Shown: piece after piece, positions 51,701 through 61,985 of the stretch
Layout of the letters: each line of letters opens with the position of its first letter
Position numbering within the stretch: the stretch's first letter is position 1
Notes under the pieces: generated by a model
Databases searched by the model: none
Told to the model about the DNA's origin: nothing
The model's input: only the letters and a program-made list of their open reading frames with translations
Assembly (NCBI RefSeq): GCF_009914755.1
Contig: NC_060925.1
Strand: one strand, 5' to 3'
Length of the DNA stretch: 64,000 nt
Origin: the human T2T-CHM13v2.0 reference genome, Homo sapiens
Translations under genes and position numbers: made by a program

Positions 51701-54700
51701 TATCACCAGGTAACATGGACATTAAATGTTTAGAGGCATCTATACATGAAACACGACTGATAGATAAATTTGAACAACTCTTGCTTTAAAAAGAATCTGT
51801 GATTTGGGAGGCCAAGACAGGTGAATCATTTGAGGTCATGAGTTCAGGACTACCCTGGCCAATATGGGGAAACCCTGTCTCTACTAAAAATACAAAAATT
51901 AGCCAGATGTGATGTTGTGCACCTGTGGTCCCAGCAACTCAGGAGGCTGAGGCAGGAGAATCACTTGAATCTGGGAGGCAGAGGTTGCACCAAGCCAAGA
52001 TGGTGCCACTGCACTCCAGCCTGGGTGACAGAGCAAGACTCCATTGCAAAAAAAAAAAAAAAAAAAAAAAAAAATCCACGATGCTACAAAGAAACATTGG
52101 ATCAGCCATTGCATTGACAGGGTGGAGAACCAGGGTCCAGCCTTGCTTTATGGAAATATATCAGCAAAGTAAAGAAGAAAAGTTTCCGTCCTGATTTCAG
52201 GGTGACTGTGCAGCTAAGCAAGCTGACTTAAAGGAGATCCAGATGAAAGCTGAGAGCAGTGAAGCCTGGGGAACAATATTTCCAAATACAAAGGCAAGGC
52301 TGCCAGCTTCCTTAAACAGGCATAGAAACTCCATGGACATTGTTCAGGGACAGATGACTTAATCACAGATGACAAGAGATACTGAATCGAAGCTAGGAGG
52401 CCTGACAGATACTGCCTGTGCACCTCCTGCACTCAGGTGACTATGAGATTGTCACACTTGCCTGGGGTTGAGTAACTTGATACTGGGGACTGGCAGACAA
52501 AGTCATGACATTAGCTGAGAAGGACAAACAAACTCCCTGATATCTGTTTAGAAACCCATCACAGTTTTTTATTCAAATGAATTTGTGTTTATAGAGCCTG
52601 TCTTCAGAGTTTATCTTTCTCAGCCTAGAGAGAGGTATGAGACACAAGGAAAACAGAGGCTACCTGGAATAATGTGTACAGCATCCTCCCATTCAACATG
52701 AGAGGATGAGCCAATGAGAGTTGAGTCGACTTTGTCTTCCTCAAATGTGATTTTGGTTTTCCTATGTGGCTGGTTGGAGTCATAAGAGCCATGGCTATTT
52801 GAATAAGTGATGGCACATTCCTCCAGTGAGTCCTCAGGGACTTCCTTTTCTTCAGCCTTCTGCATCTCCCTGATGAGCCAGGTGGGACAGAGATGACAGA
52901 AGATTAAACACAGAGGGATTGGACCCCAGGGAGTCCTAGCTGGTTTTGACAGGCGGCATTAAGAGAGTGGTCCCAGAAAGCAAAATGGAGGTTCCCATTA
53001 AGAGGGAACATGCAATCCTGTTCTCTCTGCAACAGAGCATGGCTGCCATGGGAACCAGAGAGGAAGAGAGCAGCTGCTGTTCATTGCACTGGACAGATAG
53101 GAGCTGAGGAGGATGAAGACTCAGCTATCCCTGTACGGTGCAGACATGACACTCAGCACACATAGAGAAACATGACAGCTACCGCACCCTGTGTCTAAGC
53201 TGGATTATATTTCACATACTGTGGCCAAGCGAATGCGGGTTTTTGGCCCATCATAGATGCCAGAGAGGGTGTGCCTCCTAGATATTCCTCATATGTTACC
53301 ATCCATTAATTGTTCCTGAGTATTCAGTGTTACCTGGGGGCAGATGATTTCTGCACTTTCTCAGCCACCTCAACTTGAACATCTTCATCGTCATCGTTGT
53401 CATTTTCTGCAAATACAGAAGTGTTCGTTCAGGTATTTCCCACTTCACAGTCTGCAAGCACAGTCAGCCCAATGTGCAACAGAGACATGAACATCTAGGC
53501 ATGGGTCACCGTTCAACTGAAAACTCTCATGTTTTATCTTTAACAGAATGCCCTGGCATGGTTTCCTGATCCATCAGGCAATGCATTTCTGATCTGGAGG
53601 GCCACCATCAAGATGTGGCCAAATATTGAAAAGACCTTTTGCTTCCCATATCACTGGAGGCTTGTGCAGCCTCTCTCTGGACGTTGGCAGCTGTCTCCCC
53701 CATCCTGCCAGATCTGATTCCCAGGCACAGGCTTGGTGTCCTGTCACGGTTTGCATTTCAAACCTCATTCTTTCTCTTAGAAGCAGACAAACTTGTCCCA
53801 CAGTCCTCTATGCATCAGAAGATTTCAAGCCTCCAAGTGGCTTCTGCTGTGTTCTTCAGGGACATTCTATCCATGGGGAGTGCTCCAGTCTGAAGCACTT
53901 CCTACCACAAAACGCCCCCACATAAAGTGCCTTCTCCAACATCACACGGCAAGGGCCTTCATCTCATTTTGGAAAGCAGTTGTAAGTGTTCCCACATTTG
54001 AATGCTTCAGACCCTTGCAAGAGACAATTTGTCTGCCACGGAGAGAGAGAAACTCAGGAAGGACAAGTCATTCACTCTCTGACAGTTACTAAGAACATTG
54101 CCGAAAAGACAGCCTGGGAACCTTCATTCTTAGTCCTGAGCTCTTTTCACTCTAACAAGCCTGCTCCCATCGCAGCCTCCTTCCTGTCCTTTAAAACTAG
54201 ACAGATGCTGCCTCTTGCTCCAAAGACCACCTTTCATCAAGGGAGGAGGGACACTTGCAATACTGTGACCTCCAACCCCATGGGTTTCCCATCTCCGTTC
54301 TTACCCAAGAAGTCCTGGTCATGTCATGGCCACATAAGCTTAGTGGAAAAAAACACCATTGATACAACTGTCATTGTGAAAGTATGGAGGTCTGGAGTCT
54401 CTCATAAGCCTGGGATTTTGGGTCATCAGGGCCTATGGCCACCTTACCTGGGCTGAGCTTTTGGACAAGGTGCTGTGCCAGTCTACACCCCTCAGCCAGC
54501 TGTTCTTGGAGGTCCTGCCCCTGGGACTTGTCCGGCTCATACGGAGTGAGGAGGGCCTGGAGATGCTCATTCAATGAGCGGGAGGCATCTCTCCCTTCCC
54601 GTAACTTCTCCCTTAACTGGGTCAGCTCTCGTTCCTGAGCGTGAACCAGGACTTTATATTGCCTAAGGTGAGACGGTAGAGAAAATTTAAGAGTGGAAAG

Positions 54701-57614
54701 GGTTGAGTGATCCGCTCAAATATTGCAACAGAGATTTCTGAGACAATGTCCTCAAGGAGACCTCGAAGCAGAAGGTCAGCACATGTGGAAAGGAATGTCT
54801 GTGGCCAAGAGAAAGAATAGAAAATGGTTTACAGGCTTCCTCTGTATCAGAGAGGGCTCTTGCAAGATCCTCGATGATGTTCCATTCATCTTTCTCTTCT
54901 GTAAACAAAAGTAGGTGTCTTCCTAATTCCGTTTCAAAAAGACATCCTTTCAGTTCCTCACTCTGGCCATGGACATTTCCATGTGAAAATACACATAGTG
55001 CATCTTGCGGCCACTAGATACAAAGCCATGTACAGAAATGAGGCCAGGTGCAGATGGGGCGAATTGAAAAGATGAAAGAAGAAAAGAAGGACAGGGTCGA
55101 GAAGGCAACATTGATTGAGTGAAAGAATGAGAAGCCGCAGTCAGTCAGGAGGTGATTCTCACTAAGGGTAAGTGGGGTGGTGATGGCACACCATTTTGAG
55201 TATACTGAATGCTGCTGTGTGGTTCACACTCCTTTGGTTAATTTTGTGTTATGTAAATTTCACATCAACAATTACTTGTTTGAAAAAGAGAAAACAAGGC
55301 TCTGAGAAACAACTGCAACCCATACATTTTTACTATCCTTCTTCTCTGATAAATATTTGTGTGTAGCGAGCCTGCCATGGCAATTCCTGCCCTTCCCCTG
55401 GCCCAGCTTAGCTCTTACGTCTCCCCACCGAGCTGCTGTACTTCAGAGATTTACACACCTGCCCCCCTGCCTGCCCCCATGGGGTCCCCTCACCTGAGCT
55501 CCTCAGCTTGCTTGAGCTGCTCTGCAAGCTTCTCCTCCTTGAACTGTCGCTCATTCCTCAGCATAAATTTTATGAGGTCTTTGCACTCTTCATATTCTGA
55601 GAAAAGACAGACACACCTGCCTCAGTGGAAGGCTGGACATGCTGCTGTGGTCATTGCCTACAGGACAGGAGCCAGGTCCATCCCAAGGACAAAACTCTCC
55701 CCAGTACCAGGGTCTAGACAGGGATTTCCACATCTTTACTCTTCAGTCTCCTGACTTTCTGGCATCTGATCCTCCAAAATTTAGAGATGAAGAAAGAGAA
55801 CCTCAAGGGCACATCAAGGAAGTTGACAAGATGATTCAACCACAATGAAGTGGAGTCAGAATTCACAGTCCCTGAGGTCTGACTCTGAATGCGGGGCCAC
55901 TTTCCCAAGCCTTGCAGCCTCTCCTCTAAAACACTGCACTGGGGCATGAAGTAGTGATTTCTTGTACAGTCGGGAAGGCCCCTAGGACTATGGGACTGAT
56001 GGTTTCCCTTTTACTGGGAATTTCAAGGACAAGTATGCGAAAGATTTTTAAAATCTTTGATTTTTAAATCATATCTTCAGTTATGATTTTAAGAATCATA
56101 TCTGAAGCATAAAGTGTGACACATAACACCATAAGGCCATGAAGGAAATATGCCCAAATACTTTATTAGTATGAGAGGCAGCATTAAGATTTAGATTAGT
56201 TGTGTTAATTTAGAAACAGCATAAGATTAGTTTGTGTTAATTTAGAAACATCAGAATGAAGAACTAATAGATAGTGTTTACACTGTGCCAATTAATGTTC
56301 AAGGAGATTGACAGGAAATACCTCAGGTAATTCATTGCAGCAATTTACAGAGGTAGGTATTATTGTAGTACCCTCTGAACAGATGAGGAAACTGAGGGAC
56401 AGACAAGACAAGCAACTTGGATGGAGCCCAGGAGACAGGCTGAGGGTCCCTGCTTTGCACACTGCACTGCTGCTTCCACACATTCTCCGGTGTGATCTTT
56501 CCTCTTTAGGAACAAGAGCCTGTGCACCAGGAAGCAGGACTTCACTCTCACCAAGGTACTCTCTGCTTTTTATTTTTATTTTTGATTTATTTATCGTTTT
56601 GTTTGTTTGTTTTTTGACGAGTCTTGCCCCGTCACCCATGCTGGAGTGCAATAGTGCAATCTTGGCTCACTGCAACATCTGCCTGCTGGGTTCAAAGGAT
56701 TCTTCTGCCTCAGCCTCCCGATTAGTGGTGATTACAGTTGCCCGCCACGATGCCCATCTACTTTTTGTATTTTTAGTGGAGATGGGGTTTCTCCACGTTG
56801 CCCAGGCTAGTCTCAAACTGCTGACCTCGTGCTCTGCCCGCCTCAGCCTCCCAAAGTGCTGAGATTATAGGAGTGAGCCACGTTGCACGGCCCCTACTCC
56901 CTGCTCTTGATGCTGTCACTTATAGATAGCACAGGTTCTATTAGGAGCAGACTCCCCTTGAAGCCCCTCAGAGCAGGTACTGGCTACTATCACCAAGTTC
57001 CCCTCAGAGTCACTAGAACAGAGCTTTGCCTGTTGGGCCTCAACAGAAACTTGAACTGAATAAAAGTTCACTAGTCCTAGACATTTAGAACAACAGACTA
57101 GATGTTATTTGTCTGCAGGATCTTATATGGTACAGAGAGGATTCTTAAAAACATGATTGAGCCCCTTGGAGAAAACAGGTCATTCTGTGCCTGTGTTAGA
57201 AATCAATAACTGTGAGTTTAACTCTAGTTCCACCCCCATCTGATTGCAAACATGGAAAGTTGCTAAATACTTTGGCACCTCTGTCTTCCAACTTTAACAA
57301 AATGTTAAAATACCCATTTCTGTTTTCCTAGAAGTACAGGAAGGATGAAATTATTTTTGATGGAGAGAGCATTTAGTGTCTCAGAGAGAAGACAGGATAT
57401 CATTCATCACTTTCATGATGGTGAGCCTATAGATCTTACTGTATTTCTTCTGTCGGTTGGCCAGGAAGCCGGCCAGTTGAGTTAGAAAACATTTCTCTTT
57501 GAGGCTTCTGAACTGCTGTTTCTTCTCTGCCAGCTGGGGGCGCAATGTCTCGTTGATTTCTAGAATGTTCATCTCTGCCTTCTCACTGGACCAAGGGCCG
57601 GCTGATACCACCAT
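556..57614 (-). CDS. NBPF20: NBPF family gene (Olduvai/DUF1220 repeat protein), spliced CDS, 66 coding exons in window, 3' end beyond left edge; probably NBPF20
   Basis: Exons join in frame at GT-AG sites (one exception at 45549) to give [35 protein letters not shown]... coiled coil, then CON1, CON2 and repeated LSRELL...DRCYSTPS Olduvai domains. Family assignment is secure (~0.98). The paralog name rests on recalled architecture (single CON1, long HLS array) and is unverified, hence the lower score. Confidence 0.7.
4460..8467 (-). CDS. Olduvai triplet T9
   Basis: Exons 8359-8467, 7578-7750, 6807-6858, 6038-6210, 5277-5328, 4460-4632. Confidence 0.92.
9182..13191 (-). CDS. Olduvai triplet T8
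   Basis: Exons 13083-13191, 12302-12474, 11531-11582, 10762-10934, 10001-10052, 9182-9354. Confidence 0.92.
13906..17905 (-). CDS. Olduvai triplet T7
   Basis: Exons 17797-17905, 17016-17188, 16245-16296, 15476-15648, 14715-14766, 13906-14078. Confidence 0.92.
18620..22640 (-). CDS. Olduvai triplet T6 (58-nt HLS3 small exon)
   Basis: Exons 22532-22640, 21751-21923, 20978-21029, 20210-20382, 19443-19500, 18620-18792. Confidence 0.92.
23355..27373 (-). CDS. Olduvai triplet T5 (58-nt HLS3 small exon)
   Basis: Exons 27265-27373, 26484-26656, 25711-25762, 24943-25115, 24176-24233, 23355-23527. Confidence 0.92.
28088..32091 (-). CDS. Olduvai triplet T4
   Basis: Exons 31983-32091, 31204-31376, 30431-30482, 29662-29834, 28901-28952, 28088-28260. 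Confidence 0.92.
32806..36813 (-). CDS. Olduvai triplet T3
   Basis: Exons 36705-36813, 35914-36086, 35141-35192, 34372-34544, 33611-33662, 32806-32978. Confidence 0.92.
37528..41535 (-). CDS. Olduvai triplet T2
   Basis: Exons 41427-41535 ([37 protein letters not shown]), 40636-40808, 39863-39914, 39094-39266, 38333-38384, 37528-37700; 732 nt. Confidence 0.92.
42250..46213 (-). CDS. Olduvai triplet T1 (HLS1-HLS2-HLS3), first and atypical copy
   Basis: Exons 46162-46213 ([18 protein letters not shown]), 45376-45548 (acceptor mutated AG>AC), 44605-44656, 43828-44000, 43067-43118, 42250-42422. Confidence 0.88.
45737..45769. repeat. (AC)n microsatellite in the first HLS1 intron
   Basis: Pure AC run where the repeated units carry (GAGACA)n. 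Confidence 0.9.
47253..51371 (-). CDS. Olduvai CON2 exon doublet (51320-51371 [18 protein letters not shown]; 47253-47416 [35 protein letters not shown]...MAVDIG)
   Basis: 52-nt and 164-nt exons with canonical sites; intron enlarged by ~3.1 kb of L1. Confidence 0.92.
47984..51079 (+). mobile_element. L1PA element (roughly L1PA5-8 age), truncated at both ends: end of 5'UTR, ORF1, start of ORF2 (endonuclease); antisense to NBPF; interrupted by a second L1
   Basis: ORF1-like [26 protein letters not shown]... with ATG>GTG at 48164; ORF2 ATG>ACG at 49975 then ...[30 protein letters not shown]...; frameshifts and stops; ends at GAAAAGATCAAC. Subfamily judged by eye. Confidence 0.93.
48982..49696 (-). 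mobile_element. 5'-truncated younger L1PA (ORF2 C-terminus, 3'UTR, tail) nested in ORF1 of the older L1
   Basis: [25 protein letters not shown]... ORF2 end; L1PA 3'UTR; TSD TTCAACATTCTT at 48970-48981 and 49697-49708. Confidence 0.94.
51804..52074 (+). mobile_element. AluS, slightly 5'-truncated, with ~27-nt A tail
   Basis: TTGGGAGGCCAAG...CTACTAAAAATACAAAAATTAGCC...CACTCCAGCCTGGGTGACAGAGCAAGAC then poly(A). Confidence 0.95.
52664..53406 (-). CDS. Olduvai CON1 exon doublet (53334-53406 [25 protein letters not shown]; 52664-52869 [31 protein letters not shown]...AVHIIP)
   Basis: 73-nt and 206-nt exons with canonical splice sites; CON1-type sequence. Confidence 0.92.
54448..54662 (-). CDS. 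Coiled-coil exon 3: [71 protein letters not shown]
   Basis: accttag acceptor, AG|gtaagg donor, 215 nt, open frame. Confidence 0.93.
55494..55596 (-). CDS. Coiled-coil exon 2: (K)[34 protein letters not shown]
   Basis: ttttctcag acceptor, AG|gtgagg donor, 103 nt, phase-compatible with neighbours. Confidence 0.93.
56193..56250. repeat. Short local tandem duplication
   Basis: AGATTAGTT(T)GTGTTAATTTAGAAACA occurs twice, 31 bp apart. Confidence 0.75.
56285..56420 (-). mobile_element. MIR fragment
   Basis: Core motif ACAGATGAGGAAACTGAGG...GCAACTTG. Confidence 0.65.
56571..56894 (-). mobile_element. AluS, full length
   Basis: Antisense Alu dimer with degenerate T-rich tail; TSD TACTC(T/C)CTGCT(T/C)TT at 56557-56570 and 56895-56908. 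Confidence 0.93.
57440..57614 (-). CDS. First coding exon (whole exon 57440-57649): [58 protein letters not shown]
   Basis: Acceptor cttctccccag, ATG in strong context AGCATGG at 57614, donor A|gtaaga; 175 coding nt; typical NBPF N-terminus. Confidence 0.93.
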
Positions 57615-57751
57615 GCTGACGTTTGTGGCAGAAGAGGTGGAGTCAGGGACTGGGGAGAAGAAACCCAAACATATGATGGGTTAAAAACTGGTGAAATCAA
57701 ATCGGTTTAATCAGGACTGAGGGATGTCAGTAACTGAAATTCTTAACTTAC

Positions 57752-57834
57752 TGTTGTGAAAAATGTGATCACTCCCCACAGCACTTTAGGATCCTTCACC
57801 ACAAAAACAAGGTTCGAGGTGCCTCAACTCAGAG
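57752..57834 (-). other. Candidate 5'UTR exon
   Basis: tgctttcag acceptor and A|gtaagt donor, 83 nt, 102 nt upstream of the first coding exon. Confidence 0.5.
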
Positions 57835-59444
57835 CTGAAAGCACTGCCAGTAGCTCAGACTCTGATAAGAGTGAGGCAGAATGTGGCCAGCGTGCCAGGT
57901 AACCGTCTGCAGTTGCAATAACAGAATTAGAAGGTGGGGGTGTCATGGAATCTTAGGAGCTCTGCATTCCAATTGCCCAGGCTTTGCTGAAACACAGGCA
58001 CCCTACTCTCACCTGAGGGTCACCACCAATGGGGATCATTCCTTCAGCATTCACTCTCAGTATTCGTGTACCCTTGTGACAATGCCACAGACCCGTGTCT
58101 TTCCCAATACATCTAAGCATATTCCTCACTGTTTATCTCTTGTCTGTACAACATCATCAAGGCAGAAACAGTTTCCCAACAGGTTATATTTTCTTAATGG
58201 TAGTCATGAAGTCACCCCACCTGCTCTCAGTTAAAACAGAGCTTAAGGCTTTTCCACAGGTGTAAGATATCAAACTTTTAGCCTGCCCTGATATCCTCCG
58301 GGTCTTCTGCAGTTTTTTCTGTATCCACTAGAAAGTGAATGAATAATTCATTTTTTTAAAATATTTTCTTTCCTGTCTCAGTATTCTTGCTGCTGCATCC
58401 CATTGTTAGATTGATTTCTTCTTTCTTACTGGGGCACCTTCTTGGGTTTTCATTACATTCTAGACCAGTTTGACATCCCTACGTCCAAAGCTCTTCCTCT
58501 ATGTGGGTTGATTTGTTTTTTAATGTCACTGAGCACTACATTTTATACTTGTCACTTATAGATGTCATTCTAGTGCCCCAAGACCTCTTTTCAAGGTATC
58601 AAGTGATCAAAGTCATTTATATAGAGGTCTCCTGAAAACATGTGTGACCATCTATCTTGGGAAGTTTTGTAAACCTGATGCTATTTTGTTGTTTCCATTT
58701 TGTTTTCCCATATACTGAAAAGAACAGGGCCACGAGCAGTTCTTATGGAATATGGTTTGATATATATTTTGTTGAGATGACCTAACACCATTGATTTTGG
58801 GTTGCATTCCACTAACAGAACATGGCAAGATCAAGGTTATGGTCAGGGTTGGTTGGCGATCCTCAGTGTTGCTGTGCAGTAGAAGGTGAGTTTGAGGTGA
58901 GAGGAACAAGTAGGAAAGAGTGATCCCCTGAACCACCTCTTCGCTTTCTCAGCTTTCATCCCCACCTAGGTTTTGTGAGCCTGGAACTTGAGAGACTGTT
59001 CTGTAGCCCAGGTCTCCTAAGATTGGCTGCTGGACTTGCCTGAGTTGAGGGTGCAGTGGGTTGACCCTGGGCTGCCCAGCATTCATGTGGAAGTGAAGGA
59101 AGGAGGACTGGTTAATCCCATTTGAAAGCATCCCTCTCTGCAGCCCGCACCATCTTCCAGTGACACTGTAAGGATACTGCTTTGAGATGTATCAAAGGCT
59201 TTAAGTCAATGTATTTTCTAGGGTCTGGGAGACCTGACATTCTGTGTCAGAATGAAAATCTGTCAAGTTTCTAAATGAAAAAACTGCAGGTTCACAAAGT
59301 GTCATGGGTTACTTGAGGTCACAAAGGGATGAGTTTTCAGCACTGCCAATAAAAGCAATCACAATAATTATTCAGTAATTATTCATAGGATCCATACAAT
59401 CCAGTAAATATTCACATATTTAGTAATTATTCATTGACCAATTC

Positions 59445-59570
59445 GTACAAGGCATTTTGCTCAAAACTGTGTTTATATTTGGACATTGTATCTTCATCAT
59501 AATCCTTAAGGTAATGCTATTATCTATAAGTAACAGATAAGAAACCTGAAGATGAGGGACAGCTAATCAC
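59445..59570 (-). mobile_element. MIR-like fragment
   Basis: Degenerate core TATTATC...ACAGATAAGAAACCTGAAG. Confidence 0.45.
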
Positions 59571-60170
59571 GTATTTGGCCATATTTCCATTTTTTGGTTT
59601 TTGTGATGCTGGAAGAATGACCAGAATGGGTCACGGGAAGAGTATTCATTCCTGTATTATTTTCCAGGACAGAGGTGTGCCCTTCTAGAGTACTGGGACC
59701 AAAATTCAGAAGTGTCTGAAACCTTGCTTTAACAGTATGGGAAATAACCTCTATCACCTGGAATTTCCCTGGAACTTTGGAATATACAAGAGAAGTATGA
59801 GACGTGGGTCTTCCCTTGGCTGTGTTTAATTCACTCTTCTATGGAATACCAATGATTCTCACTAAGACTTTTGCCTTTTTATAACCACAATGTATGTCTT
59901 ATGGAGAAGATTGTACACTTTGCTCTATTTAGAAAGAATAAATATGAGCAATAGTTTTAGGTTTTATGCCCTGGACTTCATATTTTTCTGATTTCTGTTT
60001 TGAGATTAAATTCTCATGTAAATAGAAAAATACTTATTATTTCTCATCAGGCCAAGTTTGTTATCAGCTTGAGTTTTTGAAGATGAAGCACAAACTTTTG
60101 ATTTTATCTTTGTCCTCATCAGCGCCACTCATTGTCTCTCAGTATGGCCTGGACTTGCCCCTGCATTTAC

Positions 60171-60240
60171 CCTCATCCTGCTGAGCCATCTCCATGCACT
60201 GCGCAATTCCATCAGTGATTCGGGGTCCTCCCAAGGCTCC
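60171..60240 (-). other. Candidate 5'UTR exon
   Basis: cacatttcag acceptor and G|gtaaat donor, 70 nt. Confidence 0.35.
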
Positions 60241-60509
60241 CTGAAATGTGCACAGGGATCAGGACGTCAGACACATTCCAGACACAAAGGCAACCCACAC
60301 TGTAGAGTGAGCAGCTGTGTTCCCACTTCCCTAATGTTCCAGTGATGTCCTCAAACTGAAGGGAACACTTTCCCTTTTTAAGGGTCTGTTCTTCATGTCT
60401 CAATGCCTCTGATCTAGTGAACACAACTGTCCTGAAACTGAAAGAACCTGCTAAATTTCGAGTTTCTGGTTAGGTGGCTAGAATAGGTTTATAAGACTTC
60501 CTTACTTAC

Positions 60510-60592
60510 CTATGACTGCTGAAGTTTGAATTCTTAGCAGTATGATTCCTTTTCTTGTAAGCTGAGCAGCTTAGGAAAGATTGGCCATGTTG
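60510..60592 (-). other. Candidate 5'UTR exon containing a 5-codon uORF
   Basis: ctctttttgcacag acceptor, consensus AG|gtaagt donor, 83 nt; AACATGG CC AAT CTT TCC TAA (MANLS*). Confidence 0.55.
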
Positions 60593-60919
60593 CTGTGCAA
60601 AAAGAGGTAAACTTAATTTATACTCAAAGCATGCTTGAATTTGAAACTAGGGCTTCCACTCTTCCAAAGTTGGATTGTCACTACCTCAGGCATGTGTCCC
60701 GAAGGGCTCATGTCTCTGTTGTACTCAAAGTTCAAATGGAGCCCAGCAAGCCAGATCTCCTTTACTTCTAAGTTCCCTCAACAGTTTCTCCTCTGCTTTA
60801 GAGACTGCCTTGAAAATATTCTTGTCCTGCTGTTGTGTTTTGGCTTTGGAATGATGTGATGCAGCTCAATGGGTCCTACCCCCAAGTTGATCAGAGTAAG
60901 AAACAGCTGGGAAAGTCAG

Positions 60920-61032
60920 TGCAAATTCAAGTTCATCATCCTCCTTACAGGGATTCTGATTCAGAGGGCTCAGGTGGGGCCTGGAATGTGTTTGTTAACA
61001 TGACTCAGATGTGCAGTCAGTTTGGGGACCCG
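60920..61032. mobile_element. MER5-like DNA transposon relic
   Basis: GATTCTGATTCAG..GGTGGGGCCTGGAAT..TGTTTGTTAACA resembles the MER5 core; judged by eye only. Confidence 0.4.
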
Positions 61033-61059
61033 CTGATACCATCGACCTTATAGTTTATG

Positions 61060-61152
61060 GGATGATTCTGTTTTGCTGATAAAGAAACTGAGGCATAGAC
61101 AGTCTGTAACTTGCCCAAGTTCCCCTTGCTGTAAGTCCTGGAGCCAGATCTC
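61060..61152 (-). mobile_element. MIR fragment
   Basis: GATAAAGAAACTGAGGCATAGA...GTAACTTGCCCAAG. Confidence 0.65.
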
Positions 61153-61348
61153 AGGTGGAGCAGCCTCTTCCCCATCCCCTTCCCACATTTTCCAATTCAG
61201 CTGGGTCAATTCTTTCAAAGTACGTGTTTCTCTCCCCTATACCTCATTTCTGAAAAAAGGAGAACTGGAATTTAACTTCTTTCATCTAATACATTTCCTC
61301 ACAACATGCTGCCAGCATCATATTCTGGCCTCTTACTATTAAAGTGAG

Positions 61349-61353
<5 letters not shown>

Positions 61354-61379
<26 letters not shown>

Positions 61380-61658
61380 GAGACAGGGTCTTGTTCTGTC
61401 ACCCAGGCTGGAGTGCAGTGGTGATTATAGATCACTGCAACCTTGAACTCCTAGGCTCAAGCGATCCTCTTGCCTCAGCTTTCCAAGTAGTTGGAACTCT
61501 AGGCACACATCACCATTTCTGGCTAATTTTTTATTTTTCATGGAGACAAGGTCTTGCTATGTTGCTCAGGCTGGTTTTGAACTTCTGGCCTCAAGTGATC
61601 CTCCCACCTAGGCCTCCAAAAGTGCTGGGATTACAAGAGTAAACCACTGAGCCTGGCC
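61354..61658 (-). mobile_element. AluJ-like element
   Basis: T26, then GAGACAGGGTCTTG...CCTTGAACTCCTAGGCTCAAGCGATCCTC (J-type) ...CTGAGCCTGGCC; possible TSD TGA(G/A)ATGC. Confidence 0.92.
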
Positions 61659-61734
61659 CTGAAATGCTTTTTTTTTTTTTTTTTAATGAAAATACAAGGC
61701 ATGGAGATGTGGAAAGACACCTTGCTTTATTACT

Positions 61735-61985
61735 GTTATTATTAGTTCTATAGTATAATTCATATATCACAAAAATCACCATTTTTAAGCATATATTTCA
61801 GTGTCTTTTACCATATTCCAAAAGTTCTGCAACCATCACCACTACCTAATTCCAGAATATTTTCATAATGCCAAAAAGCATGCCTGTACCTATGGGCAGT
61901 CACTCTCCAATTCCCCACTTCTTACAGTCTCTGACAACCACTAATCTACTTTCTCTATATATAGATGTACTTGTTCTGGGCACTT
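61735..61985 (-). mobile_element. Old L1M (L1MB-like) 3' end
   Basis: Matches antisense L1MB 3' end motifs (GCAACCATCACCACTA..TAATTCCAGAATATTTTCAT; ACAACCACTAATCTACTTTCT). Confidence 0.75.

Noticed and set aside
51804-56894. Oppositely oriented Alu pair driving circularisation or editing of the coiled-coil/CON1 exons
   Set aside because: The geometry is permissive, but the Alus are old, diverged and ~4.5 kb apart, which is commonplace in primate introns; no specific support
58013-58112. Additional 5'UTR exon
   Set aside because: Good donor (AG|gtgaga) but a purine-rich acceptor region; cannot be supported from sequence alone
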